Shown: positions 1 through 12,539, counted from the first letter of the whole stretch. The stretch is 61,131 nt of DNA, filler included, from Rhabdomonas costata (GCA_019059605.1; 14 parts of 14 records of this genome joined end to end with filler, not necessarily neighbours in it), one strand, 5' to 3'. The notes: generated by a model from the sequence alone, not told the origin. A program made the numbers and translations.

Positions 1-379
1 GTGGGGTAGGTTGGCAATGGGACTACTGGTACAAACTTACGCAAGAGGGTAGGCAACGTACAAGGGTCGCCTGCACGCCTGATTCACGTGGGTTTTTGTC
101 TGGAAGCACATGGGGAGGACGGGCAAGCAAAGCAAGTGTTGGGAGAGGGGGGGGGGTTCAGAGACCTCTCTGCACAAATGGAAGGCAAGTATTGCAAAAC
201 GGTGAATCAAAACAGCGCAAACCGTGCACTGTCAATCGTAAAGTGACGTAACGCATTTGCGCAAGTGGTCGGCTGAGAAATGGAGCACCAGCCGACACCA
301 TCAAAATTCAGCAGGGAAAATGGAAAGTGGTAACTGAACACACCCCGCGCCCGTAAGCAAGGTACGCAATTAGATCTTT

Positions 380-2089
380 TCAGTCTGTGCTTTTGGCCAC
401 CAGCTCTGGACCTACCAGCAACTGGAAGGGTGACTCTCTTCCGGGTGTCGAGGACGCATCCTGAAAAGGGGGACAAAGTAGTTCTTGTCGAGATTCCGGA
501 AGCGGCTCACGCGGGTCAGGAATCTTGCACCCCAGCACCGGTTCCACAACTGCGATCCTAACTTCGTCCGCCTCCCCAGTCCGCTCGTGAATAACTTCCG
601 TCACGCGGTTCTCAGCGCCTGACACCTTAAAGCTGGAACCTGGAGAGGTCTTGCCCCGTGAAGCCACTGCAATCTCAGCAAGCCAGTACGTTTTCTCTGT
701 GAACAAGCGGAACCACTCCCTTGGAGTTCGCAGCAGCTGCCACAGCAAAATAGCGGAAAGGGTTGCAGTCCCGATTCCCGATAGCGAGAAAAATCCCCAT
801 GTAATCTGAATCGGGCCGACCATTGCAGCGCCCAGCAACAGTGGCACGGCGGCTGTGAAGAGATTTCTGTGCTCTTTAAAATCGACTCCTGCCTCGACCC
901 AAATTTTTCCTCCCAATGTAGCGATAAGCCCGTAAAATGCGAGGGAAAGTCCGCCCAACACGCCGGAGGGGAATGTTTGGAGAACAGCCCCAACTTTGGG
1001 CATCATAGACAGAAGGATCGCAACAAGGGCGGCGAGCGGGAACAGAAGCGTCGAGTAGACCCTGGAAGCACCCATTACAGCGATGTTTTCGGCATAGGTT
1101 GTTGTGCCAGTCCCGCCGAACGATGCGGAGATAATCGTGGCAAGAGCGTCACCGATAAATGCCCGGCCAAGGTATGCATCCAAATTGAGGTTGGCCATAG
1201 AAGAAACGGCCTTGATGTGCCCCAGGTTCTCGGCCACAAGAACGATAACAACCGGAACAGTAGAGCACGCCGCGGGACCAGTGAACGTGGGGTGGTGGAA
1301 GGGAGGGGCACCAAACCAGTTAGCATTTCGGACAATAGTGAAGTCGATTCCTGGCCCGATGCCAAAGATCCCGCAAATGAAATAGATGATCCAACCGAAG
1401 AGGGCACCCAGCAAAATTGGAAACCGCTTTATACGCTCTTCTCCCCAACAAGCGCAAACGCAAACAAAGGTGATCGTAGCGAAGGCGATCCAACAGTCAA
1501 GCCCAGTTGCGGTAATTGCACTCATGGCAGAAGGGGCGAGATTAAGCCCGATGGCAAAGACCAAGGCGCCAGTCACCACGGGCGGCATCAGAAACTCGAT
1601 CCATTTGGGGTCCCGGGTAAGAGCAATCACCAGGCCAACCAGAAAACAGACCAAACCGCACACAAGAATCCCTCCGAGCGCTTCCGAGATCTTGGGATTT
1701 ATCAATGACGGATTTGAGGGGTCGTAAGTAAACTTTGTGACGACAAGTACCGGACCAATGAATGCAAACGACGAGCTCGTGTAGCTCGGCACGCGGCCGC
1801 CAACGCAAAGAAAGAAGATGATCGTGCCTATGCCAGAGAAGAACAGAACAGTGGTGGGCGGGAAGCCCATCAGCAACGGAGCAAGAACAGTTCCTCCAAA
1901 CATTGACAAGACATGCTGCAGGCTGAGCATAACCAGCGTCGACCAGGGCGGCCGTTCTGCAGGTGCAATAGTAAAGGCAGCCCCACGCAGGCTTTCGCTT
2001 GAGTTCGATGCCAATGCTCCTGGTCCCAGCGGATTTCGCACAGTCCACGACGGGAAATACCCGAAAAGCGCTTCCTTTAACCCATTCAT
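380..2089 (-). CDS. NCS2/NAT uracil-xanthine permease, RutG/UraA-like, intronless
   Basis: 569-aa ORF with many TM segments. Motifs: IAPAERPPW, LQHVLSMFGGTVLAPLLMGF (TM1 QH), GGRVPSY.SSSFAF, PPVVTG, AENLGHIKA and the NAT signature TTYAENIAVMGASR. Confidence 0.95.
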   Translation of the reverse strand: MNGLKEALFGYFPSWTVRNPLGPGALASNSSESLRGAAFTIAPAERPPWSTLVMLSLQHVLSMFGGTVLAPLLMGFPPTTVLFFSGIGTIIFFLCVGGRVPSYTSSSFAFIGPVLVVTKFTYDPSNPSLINPKISEALGGILVCGLVCFLVGLVIALTRDPKWIEFLMPPVVTGALVFAIGLNLAPSAMSAITATGLDCWIAFATITFVCVCACWGEERIKRFPILLGALFGWIIYFICGIFGIGPGIDFTIVRNANWFGAPPFHHPTFTGPAACSTVPVVIVLVAENLGHIKAVSSMANLNLDAYLGRAFIGDALATIISASFGGTGTTTYAENIAVMGASRVYSTLLFPLAALVAILLSMMPKVGAVLQTFPSGVLGGLSLAFYGLIATLGGKIWVEAGVDFKEHRNLFTAAVPLLLGAAMVGPIQITWGFFSLSGIGTATLSAILLWQLLRTPREWFRLFTEKTYWLAEIAVASRGKTSPGSSFKVSGAENRVTEVIHERTGEADEVRIAVVEPVLGCKIPDPREPLPESRQELLCPPFQDASSTPGRESPFQLLVGPELVAKSTD

Positions 2090-2169
2090 CCAGCCAAGAG
2101 GTTGCTTTTGCAGAAATGAACAAAAAGGTGGGAAGAACTACCTGTGAACAAAAAAAGTAGGTTCACAGA

Positions 2170-4196
2170 TTATGAAACCAAGAACGGGGCTAAAAATTTA
2201 TTCAGGCTCGTTGCATGAAACGCTGAGCCAGAGGGTTTTGACAGCACTTCGATAAAATATGAAGAACGAAAATCCTCAGGAGTCGGTAGCCAACATCTGA
2301 CACCCATGACTGCCAAGCTCACCGAAAATGTTTTCTGCGTACTGCATTTCATATCACTAAGAGACAGCTTTGGACAGCAGAAGAAACCACAGATCCTCTC
2401 AACATGGTCCCGTGACTTCACGACACAGCGGAAGAAAGAGTCACCAAGATGGGACTGAGTGATTCGATGGGGGCCATCACCCCCGCCAGTGTGACTGGCT
2501 GAAGTAAAACCTGAAGCAAAAACGGAAACGGAAACGGAAACGGAAACTGGTGTCATGCCTATTGGTTATGCTTAAAATAGACAGACTGACTAAATTCGAC
2601 CGATAAACGTTTCCAAGACTATAGAATCCACCACCAAGCAAGCGGTTTGGTACCGAAAGCCTTGTTCAGTCCCGAGTCAGAACGAAAAGGCCTCTCCTTG
2701 CGCCACTTTGGCAATCGTTGTGTCTGTTTGAAAAAGTCCAGCTCAAAAAATTCGGGCACACACCGGACTGCGAAATCCAAAATGGGCAGGTTAGAAAGGG
2801 GAAGAAAGTAAGAGGGAGGAGATGAGCGGGGCACAACCGCTACAGTGGAGCCCACTTCGCCGCCAAAGTGCTGCACACGCAACCGAGGTACATAGGCACG
2901 GCCCCAGTATACCCCATTGAGATACACGTTGGTGTACAGCACGGCCTGTTACACCGAGGAAAGTCATTAAGCATTCCGCCCAATTTACATTCAACACCTG
3001 CAAACTAAACACAGAGGTGAATTTCAACGTCAGGCTGACCAAGGGGTATGATGGAGTTTGAGGGGAAATAAGAACGCTAGTCTGAAAGAACTGAAAATGA
3101 TTAAAGACGAAAAGGGGGGAGCTGAAGGGGGGGTAGAAGACAAAAGGATGATGTTCCTCGGAAGGCCACCACCTCTAACACACCGAAGCGCCACTGAGGC
3201 GGTCCAGCTCCCACAGCAGGGTAAACCCAACCGTGCCCCGGTAGGAGCCTTCTTCATTTGAAACGTCCACCGCACGAGCCCCGCTGGCTTCCGCACATGT
3301 GTTCATGTCCGCAGAAGACGCCACTCGAAGTTCGCCTGTGTGTATGTACGTTGTTCCAGTCAATCAAAGACAAAGACAATACAGAATAATCGTAGCTGGC
3401 GCACCGGCGTGCAGGTGGGCGGACGGTGTGCCAGCCTACAGTTCTTTCTCTTAATGCAAGCCTGCAAAAATACCCGAAAATGGCCCTTAAATGGCCTCTA
3501 GCGTGGCTCTAAACCGGAGCATTCCAGCCCACTCCGGTGCCTGCACCAAGTGCTCCTGCGCTCTACCCTTAGGTATGCTAAGCAGGCCCGGCCGAAAGCT
3601 TAGTATGCAGGCCTGCAAAGGTCCGAAAAGTGCACCCCGGGCCCTTCAAAATTTTTTAAGTTGAAAATGCCCTAAAAGGTCTATAAAAAAATAGGACCTT
3701 GACGGGGCCATATCTCGGCGTAGAGAAGGACTCCGAGGCCGGGAAGGGGCCAACCAACTCATCTCAGGAGTACTACCATACCACAAAATATCAGCCCCTA
3801 CTCGTCACTCTTGAGTTCTGAGGAATAAATTGTCACATATTTGTCCATTTGGCCATTTGCTCTATCATGACATCTATGCGACAATTTATTCCGTTCAAGG
3901 CAGCAACATTGCGCAATAGTGATGGGTGTGTATGAGTGAATAAGAAGTTCCCACCCATGTTGTATTTCCAATGACCTATCAGCACTGTCACAGAAGTGGT
4001 AAGAGGTTTTGCTTCTGGTCCCTGGTTGGAGTCTCCCCTGAGGAACTCCAGAGCGGATCCCATGATGATGCTGAGGCTGAGCAGCGTGTGCCCGACGTAC
4101 GGCTCGGCAAGCACAAAGTCATACGTCATCCACTGAAATGAGACAGCCGAGAAAACAAAAAGTCCAGATGTTCCACCCACGCCAGCGACTAGCCAC
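2170..4196 (-). CDS. Hypothetical multi-exon protein (partial)
   Basis: GT-AG-bounded, phase-compatible segments ~4196-3977, ~3334-3231 (ELRVASSADMNTC...YRGT) and ~2945-2838 (AVLYTNVYLNGVYWGRAYVPRLRV...). A last exon at ~2510-2170 is possible. No family recognised. Confidence 0.4.
2519..2547. repeat. (AAACGG)n microsatellite
   Basis: About 4.5 tandem hexamer copies seen directly. Confidence 0.9.
3465..3800 (+). mobile_element. Dispersed non-coding repeat family A (MITE-like), copy 1
   Basis: Colinear with 55610-55888 (cccttaaatggcctctag...atgctaag.aggcccgg...gaaaatgccct...ggaccttga.ggggccatat...gagaagga.tccgaggccgggaag.ggccaa.caactcatctcag). Also matches the reverse complement of 23062-23171. 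Confidence 0.85.
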
Positions 4197-4236
4197 CTGC
4201 AATGAAGTGTGGCAAAGGGAATGGGCACCCCACACC

Positions 4237-4336
4237 NNNNNNNNNNNNNNNNNNNNNNNNNNNNNNNNNNNNNNNNNNNNTTAATTAATTAANNNNNNNN
4301 NNNNNNNNNNNNNNNNNNNNNNNNNNNNNNNNNNNN
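4237..4336. other. Artificial contig spacer N44-TTAATTAATTAA-N44 (first of 13)
   Basis: Six-frame stop linker. Others at 8561-8660, 12883-12982, 17196-17295, 21506-21605, 25817-25916, 30125-30224, 34431-34530, 38735-38834, 43025-43124, 47322-47421, 51610-51709 and 55896-55995. Confidence 0.99.
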
Positions 4337-5601
4337 GGTGTGTGGTGTCCACTGGAATTCCACCAACAAAAACTCTGATCCCGGGACCACTTTGTGGAAA
4401 AGGTCCTCAGCTGCTGGCAACCCTTGAGTCAACCTAGCAGCTTTGCGTCGTTTTTCGCGAGCTCAGACTTGGTTGTGAATTCCGTTGATTTGGCTTCGCG
4501 GTGGTGAGGTTGACGTGGTTTCGGCGGTCCATTGTTTCACTTTGTGTGGCTTCAGCGAGATGGGGGACGGTAACGGACAATGAGTTGGTGGTTTTAAGTG
4601 GCTCGTCTTGTAGCATCTACCGTGCGACTGGGCGTCGATCCTCTGCGCTCAACTTGCAGACGAATTGCCGCCGCAACAGATGTGAGTAGACGGCTGGGCC
4701 AAATAAACTCACTTGCGCCACCTGCCACCTGAGACCAAACACTAGAGTGCACTGAAGCGAAAATGCAACCGTGCTCTATCATGTTTGAATCCATGCGATG
4801 CATACCTTGCTTACATACGTGCTCGAAACCAAAGGGTACACAGCCGGCGAAGCCGATAATCTCACAATTGAAACAAGTAATGACATTCAACCTTCAGCAA
4901 ATGAAGAGGTGATTCGATGAAGAATTATCTTCCTCGGGTTAACAAAGTGGTAATTACGGTTCAGGTAATTCGCTGTTGCCCGCTTTTTGTTGCTGGGATT
5001 TCGCTCGGCTTCGGTGTGGAAGATGTCCAGTGTTCCCATGGTGGTGCTGCCTGCTCAGCGGAAGTTTTACGTACATCCATCCCTAAGCACCAGGAGGACA
5101 AATGCTTAGCGAAATCACCACACCCACCAAGCAAACAGGAAGCAACTTCCAAATTCACACCAGCCACCGGTACAAAGCACAATCTAATATTTACGCGCAT
5201 TTACGCGTCTCCCCGGAGCGCTCGTGCGTTACTGTTGTGCACACTTTATTCCAAGATGGCTGCAAACCGGCCCTCGCGAAAGTTTGGCGCTATTTTGGAC
5301 AGTCGGCACTAAATGGCACTAAATAACTTCGCCTGGCGGCCTTAAATTCAATTTTCCTCGTGCCTTGTTTCTTCAGCTGATGACCACCCCTTTCGAACTG
5401 GCCTCTTTCGCCGATATCTGGCAGCGTTCCGTATCATAGACAATCCCAAGAAACGAAGTGCTTGGGTGGACGTGGCAGAGGACCTCACGCGTATGTTTTC
5501 TGTTTTCTGCACCTTTGGGTGCACCTTTTCTGTTTTCTGCACCTTTTCATCGTGAACTTTGTATGGCTCGCTCACGCCTGGCTGTTTCATTTGCTTCACA
5601 G

Positions 5602-8228
5602 ACGTCGTTGTTGCTTCGGGCATTCTGGCGAAATTCTCCAGTGTTTGGACGGAAGGCTCCACGGGACACTTTTTCTATGGCATCCACCACACCCCGTTCT
5701 GGGCAAGTGCGCTTCTCACCAGAGTGGTAGATTTCTGTCGCATGCTTTTTTTCCGAGCTATGTGTTGATAGAAAGTTCCTGTAGTTTGCTTCGTGGTTTA
5801 AACTTCGTTTTTATTACGGCAGCTTTTTTCTTGCTCGAAAAGGTCATTTTGGTATTTTGGTATTTTCAGCGGTTTTGGAGGATCTTTGGCCAGTTGTCAG
5901 CTTTGGGCACTCTTTACTTTGGAACTTACAATTTTCTGACTGGGGCTCTTGGATGGCCTGTGACCAAGGTACGACACAGTCCCTCTCTTATTCTTTCTTT
6001 TCCGTTCGGCTTTGCTAACGTTTTGATGTGAGCGAACCCCAACGTTCGTTTTGGTCTGAACATTGGGGGCATGACCCTGTGCTTACGTTCTGGAAGTGGA
6101 GAAACCCTAAAAGAGAGAACTCACTGGACACTTACTTCAGAGAACGCTCCACATGTAGCAGCAGTCGTCAACGAGCAAACTAATTTTGCTTTGTACGATC
6201 TGCGCAGCACCTGCATAAAAGAGTGCTATTTCTGTTTCTTCTTTTTTACTTGTACATGTACGTGCACTGTATCACATGTAAACCTTCGTGCTGCACTCAG
6301 AATGGGTCATCTTTGCTCAGATATAATAAAAATTAACAAAGCAATTTGTAATTTCACTTCAATTTTCGAGGTCTTGATTTCTTCTGCCTTTGGCCCATTT
6401 CTTGCACACAGTACGGCGAATTCCACTGCGCCGCATCGTGTGTTGCGTTTGCCCCAGTTGCGGCTGCAGCCGCACTGACAGGTGTGTTGATTCCAAGCTG
6501 GCGCCCGTTCTCTTCGTTTGCAGTTGGATTTGGCTGCCTTTTAATTCAACAAAGTTTGATGTCATCAGACCCGTGGCCTGGGTTTCTTTCCTGTGAAGCA
6601 CATGTTGCTGCGCAACTTGCCATTCATTCTTGAAAAGTGTCGCCTTATCATGTTTCTGGATTGGAAACTGCAAAAAAAAAAAGTCGCGGAAATGAGTGTC
6701 AAGAAAACGACGCTAATCCGTCTCAGCTAGTTTTTAGTTTTTTGTTTCAGTTTTGGTTTCAGGATCGCCCTTTAAATGAATATGGAGAAGGCGCGTTTTT
6801 GGCATCCAGTCCAGTGAGCAGCAGCAGTTGAAATGTGGGCCTCTGGTGCTTGATTGGGTGACCTCACATTCTCAGTGAAATGAGTTCGGGTGCTTGTGTG
6901 CGTGACTAGCACCTGTGGACCTCATTTTTTGCTTTTCTGTTGTGCAGCTTAATTTTGGACAGCTTTTTTGCGGTCTTCTGTCTGATGTGGGTTCCCCAGC
7001 TCTGAGCTCTGATGCCGTAAAGCCAGTGAAAAGCCCAGCCCGCCAAATCAACTGCCTGTTTTTTTTGGTTTTCTTGCCCCGCTTGAGCGATGGCCACAGT
7101 GGTGCCCTTCTTCGACCCCAGCCACCTGACACATTCCGCGCCCCTGGCGGACCTGGAGCAGCCCTGGCTGGAGGTCCACCCCCTGACCCTGGTGCTGCGG
7201 TGTGGCTCCCAGCGCGCTGCATCCCCGGATTGCATGCCTTTCCAGGGCCTCAGCATCGCCACCCCGGTGAAGGGCCGCGCCTGCTTCCTGGTCGCCCCTA
7301 ACGGCAAGGTGTGTGGAGACGGAGGGAAATTGCTGGCGTTCTGTTTCATGTTCCAGGTGTTTCCGCACTTCGGAATTTGCCCCTCGTTTTTGACGTATGT
7401 GAGGGGTAACGCTGGTGATCGCCTTCTGGAACCTTTTCTAGATAAAAAGCAGGCATTTTCCATGCTTCCACTACACTTCACGGATAATCGCTGATTTAAG
7501 TTTTTGGTGTCGTCCAAAAACAACCACTTCCTCCGGCAGATTTTTTTTGCGTCGCTATACCTAATTTCTTTTTGGTGTTTATTCCCCCTTTTCTTCCACT
7601 TGAAAGGGTTTTGTGTTATCAAGGCGTTTTTCACCGAAACTTAAACCCCGTGCATTCCCATTTATTTTTCCGCTGCTTTTTGGGCGACTCATTTGTATGC
7701 CGCCCCACTCTCGTGGGCGATTGCCCACACCCCCCCCTTCACTTTGTTCGTTGCTTCTGGTTCGCGAAAAGCTGCTCGTTTGGAATCTACTGAGACAGCT
7801 CGCGGGAAACGGCCGCAAACATGCCCGAATATGTTGCGGTGGCTCTTTGGTGCCGTCTTGGCCTGCGCCCGGTGGATTTTTTGATTCGTTGTTTCTGCAC
7901 GAAGGTCGGCCACTGTCCGAACCGCGGCACCCCCGGGGACAGATGCGGTCCCAGCGCGACCTTCGAGGACGTGGTGGCGATTGGGTTTGGGGCCGTGGCC
8001 GCTGCTGTGGTGGGAGTCTCGGAGTCCGGGGCGGTGCTGAAGTTTTCATGGGATCTGCGGAAACGGGGAAGCCAGGTCCCACCTACTCCGCCTCCGCTTG
8101 GCATCACCGTGGCCTCGGAGGAACACAGAAGGACCCCAAAACGCAACAAGGAAAAGGCAGATTCAGAATCAGCCTCTGAAAAAGAACCGACTCTACCAAA
8201 GAGCAGCTGGCCACGCAAAGGAAGCTAA
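5602..8228 (+). CDS. Hypothetical multi-exon protein (partial)
   Basis: GC-rich exons 7100-7308 (VPFFDPSHL...VAPNGK|gtgtgt) and 7905-8228 (ends TAA) join in phase 0. Upstream exons at 5602-5702 and 5894-5968 are tentative. No family recognised. Confidence 0.5.
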
Positions 8229-9225
8229 GAGAAACCTGCTCTCCTTATATCTGGTGGAGCACGGCCTCCTTACAGACGCACCCATTCTTGGCTACTGGCA
8301 GTTACATCTATTGGGCCTATTTTTTTTTGGGGGGGGGAGTTGAACGTTTAGCGCCTCTAAATGGTCACAAATTTCCAAACGCTGCTCAAATGAAAATGTC
8401 TCTCCAGGGGTCAGAAAAACAGCATACCTAACTCCATTGTGCTAAAATAAATGTATTTTGAGGTACTTGACGCATTTTCCTAACCCCCGTGCCCGTAAAA
8501 ATAACATCCCCAAAAATGTGCCTGATTCGGGCGTTTAGCAGTGCTGAACGGAGCATCGCCNNNNNNNNNNNNNNNNNNNNNNNNNNNNNNNNNNNNNNNN
8601 NNNNTTAATTAATTAANNNNNNNNNNNNNNNNNNNNNNNNNNNNNNNNNNNNNNNNNNNNGTGGGTGAATCACGAAGTGGCGAAGATTAACACGCAATGC
8701 AGCATTTCGGTCTGCATATTTTGGTTTTTTTTAGCTGAGAAGTTTGGTGTATCGCATGTGTGAAGATGAGGTCACTTCGTTGCTGCCGGTTCTCGATGAT
8801 TTGAAACCTTCCCCTGAACTTGAGGGGAAGGCGACCGTGAGACATACTGGGAAACATTGGGATGCTAGTGCCGATGCTAGGCCCCCAATATTCGCTTTGG
8901 TTGGTGTGTGAGAAATGTTTTTCGTGCTCCTGGCGTGGTTCTTTGATTTCAAATTATGTCAGTGGATTGTCTGGTGTTGTGAAAAAAAATAGTGGGCTAT
9001 TATTGTGTTGTTGCACCAAACCGAAAATCTGGATTTGGTTTCAGGATCTGTCTGTGCCATCTGCCACCAAGAAACAGACCCTTGTCCTATTGCCCACAGC
9101 TTCTGTTTCGATCCAGACATGCTGCAAACTCGAATGTTTTGGTTCTTTATGATCGGGTGATCCCCCTTTACCAGCGTCACCTCGTCTTCTGCACACTGCA
9201 CACTCCCTTGTACACACACGCATAC

Positions 9226-10859
9226 CGGAAGTTTTCCACTGATACCGCGCACTCGCACCTCCTCCAACACGCAGCGCTCTGGGCAGAGGAAGAACCAATG
9301 CTGTGAGAGCACCTTCACAGGTCGGTCAGTGTGGTTTTGCAGGTCAACGTGGAAGCTAAAGTATGGGTGACCATTAAAATCACGCTTGAACAGCTCCCCT
9401 GTGTGAAAGCAAAGCACACTTACACTGAGCTGGTGTGAAGGGTAAACACTGGTACGGATACTGTCAGGCACCGGAATAGGCTCGAATCCATATCACGGCA
9501 CGACACACTAGTCTCTTTAAACCGCACAAATACGATGAAAAAGGCCGTCCCATTGCTGAGAAAAGCCTGCGGCGTTTCGTGGACACCTGGAGAAATCGAG
9601 CTTCGGAGAAGACCCGACCACGCGCACGCTGACGCTGGTTGTGAGCTCCACTGCCCAATACAATGCTTCCCCCATGGGCATGTAAGGAGACAATTCATCA
9701 AATGACGCTACATAGCCCAGCTTGCTCCAAACCGGCGCAAAAGATCCATTCACCATTATCCATTACTTTTCTTCACAAAAAACTCCTGAGTTGATCCATT
9801 TTAAATTTGACCCAATTTCTCTGCCTTAACGGTTTTGCCTGCGGGGCCTTGAGTGGTTTCGGGTTTAGGGGTGCTTACATTCCATACGTACGATGGTGAA
9901 GCCGATCTATGGGGGGCCAGATGTCCCTCTTACACTGGATTTCAGCCAGGTGAAGGGTCTTCTTTGACTCAGCAGAAAGCAAAGTGGGAGTAGAGATTCC
10001 TGAAACAGTGACGGTGACGCCATCGGTGGTGGTGACAGAGGAACTTGTCAGCGGCTTCACCGGCACCCCGGAAACGAGACCCAGTGATACCAACGAAAAT
10101 GGCCACAAGAAAAGCTCCACAAAGGGCATCACACTCTCGGAGCACCGGTACACCCCATGGGCCAGATAGGGATCCTCGCAGCTCGGGTTCAGGCACTGCA
10201 AATCGAGCGTCGTCGGGGAGCAATCCTCCTCCTCGTCGTCGCCCTCACAATCTTTGACGAGACACGGTGGGGTGGACGAGAATTCAGGGGAGTGCGTGTG
10301 GGCAATGCCGTGAGCTGAAAACTGCCAATGACCGAAACCACGATGCACATAAAGGCATGAGTTCACACGGTCAATGGGATGAGGAGACAGAGTCAGAGGA
10401 CTGGGTTTCAACGCAGAAATCGCGCATTTGATAAGTGGCAGGGAGGAAAAGGGAACAGATAAGACCGAAGTTGAGCACGGTGGGCCTGTAGAACTCTGCA
10501 ACTTCAGAGAGATGCTGCAACGCCCAGAAGGCTTGCCTTCTTCTCCTGCTCTCATTCGTGCAGGGCAAGAAACCCTCTTCCGCTGTTCCCGAGTTACCCC
10601 GTTCCTGCAGAGGCACGGGAAAACTGCCTGTGGCACCGACCCTGGACCGAAACGCGTCCCTCAATGCCTGCATCAACGAAGAAGCCCCCTCGCCGCAGGG
10701 CGCACAGCCTTCAGCACCGTAGCGCATGTGAAACTGCTGTGGCGCAAACAGGGAGCCCACAGTTCGCCAGGACAGTGCAGCGACATCCCCGGCCAGCCAA
10801 GGAGGAAGCCGTACGGCCGTCTTCAGAAGAGAGCGATAGAGTTGCCGAGACAGGGACAT
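9226..10859 (-). CDS. ApaG (DUF525)-domain protein with N-terminal LYR-like motif; 3' exons unresolved
   Basis: Starts MSLSRQLYRSLLK...LRDAFR. The middle exon contains SVTTTDGVTVTV and ends c|gtacgt at 9892. Exon 9398-9226 reads YFSFHVDLQNHTDRPVKVLSQHWFF...EEVRVRGISGKLP, matching ApaG Y.I.I.N....VQL..RHW.I...EEV.G.GVVG.QP. Confidence 0.7.
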
Positions 10860-11441
10860 GTTTTTTCTTGAACGGGAAAGGGGGAAACGGAGTTGAACCT
10901 TTTAAATGAAAAAGGGGGAAAGGGAAAAAAGGAAATGTCAACCGGCTTGTAAGGAAGGCCAAAATGTTCTGCACAAACGTTCGCAAGGTGCAAAGCATAC
11001 CTCAGAAAACACATAATTCGAGCCCGCATTTTTTTTTCCATTCCACAAGCGACAAAGGCGGCTCGACTGAAGAAGAGGAAAGGTGACTTGCCATTTACAT
11101 GCAAAATATCCCACTTCTCCAGCGGAATCATATCCTATCCCGCCTATCGGCAACTACTGGGAATGACTGGAAAAAATGAAATAAAGAGAAAAAAGTGAAC
11201 ATGACTTCACGCCACTCAACCGACGAGGAATACAGGGAAAACAGTGACGATTTGAAATTTCGAGAAGAGGAAGGGCTGGCCTTGCTTCGCAACGACGTTA
11301 ATGTCTCAGTTTTCTTCCACTTTCTTCCAAAAAGAAGGCTCCACTAACATTCAGACACACACCATGCTACACTGTCACTACTGTTAATCGTGGTGTTAAG
11401 CATACTTTGCCAAGCGAACACAGAGGCTGCACAGCTCACAA

Positions 11442-12539
11442 TCAACTGTCGCCTTGCTCGCCCTTGATCCTACGGGAATGACCGTCCACCTCAGCACGAA
11501 TCACTTCCGCCTCCCTTGGATCAAAGTCTGATTCAACGCCCAGCACCGCTTGCATCTGAGCAGGTGTCTTCCCTGCAAGTTGAGAGTGGGGGTGCTGGGT
11601 GCAAAGAAAGGGGAAACTGCTTTTTGAATTAACGTGTGAAGAAAGCTTTGAGCTGTTCGATCTCGAGTCAGCGGCTTGTGGTTCGTCTAGGTTGAACGTC
11701 AGGAAGCCCAATCTCGAAGGTGGTTCGTTGTTCACCTCACAGCCAGTATTGATACCCAGTTTCCCGCCATTCAAGCTCAAATTTAACTTTTGCTTCCTGT
11801 CGGCCACGTTTTTTCTCGAAGCGGGTTGAAATTGCACGAATGTTAAGTACTGATGTACCCCACTGTGGAAGTGTCGCGTGCCTCCCCTATGTGCACAAAC
11901 TCTCTACGCTGATAGAGAGGGTTGCAAGTGAAAGGGACCGTGAGCATCATCTCGCTAAAGGCTGCGAGCCCCTCAACATTTTTTTTGTTGAATGAAAATC
12001 AAGTCAGTACCTTTAAGGATGGACGCAAGCGCAGCTCCCGTGAGTTCAACCATGTCCTTGACGCCCAAGACTGAAGCTGCATCGATGCATTCGCAGAGAA
12101 GCTTGTGCTCCTTCTCATTTCCACCTTTAATCTGAAAAACATGAAGAAGCCCCCCCCTCTGTTCTTCGTTGTTGTTGTCCTCGCGTGAGCCTGGGCAAAG
12201 AGACCGTCATCGGACGGGTTTCCTCCCCTTCTCAAAAGCAGGCTGGCAGGAGGCGGGCTCGAAACCTACCTCTTCCTTTGTAAATGTGGGGATGCTCGGC
12301 TGGGGTACTCTCGCCCCAAGCTCAGTACTCGCGAAAACAAAAGAAAAAATAGAGCGACCCGGAGGGAGACGCCAACCCAATGATTGGTACGCCATTTTGA
12401 AAAACACGAAGAAGAAAAAGAAGAAGTTGCATCCTCTTTCACTCACGAATGGGACGTCAAGGGGCTCCTGCACCGGGCCCCTGGAATCAATTTTTGGAGG
12501 GAATCTCCCCACCACATTCGCGCTCCCATTCCGCCTCAC
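11442..12539 (-). CDS. SKP1-like protein, divergent, 5' partial
   Basis: Exons 12539-12447, 12131-12011 and 11572-11442, all GT-AG. Joined they give LLCECIDAASVLGVKDMVELTGAALASILK-GKTPAQMQAVLGVESDFDPREAEVIRAE, matching the Skp1 C-terminal domain (LILAANYLDI...IKGKTPEEIR..FNI.NDFTPEEE..IR.E). Confidence 0.85.

Noticed and set aside
4281..4292. TTAATTAATTAA recurring every ~4.3 kb as a periodic biological motif
   Set aside because: It is always centred in N-runs and is an artificial six-frame stop linker.
4760..4820. PCSIMFESMRCIPCLH resembling a MULE SWIM finger
   Set aside because: Lacks the CxC and has no transposase context.
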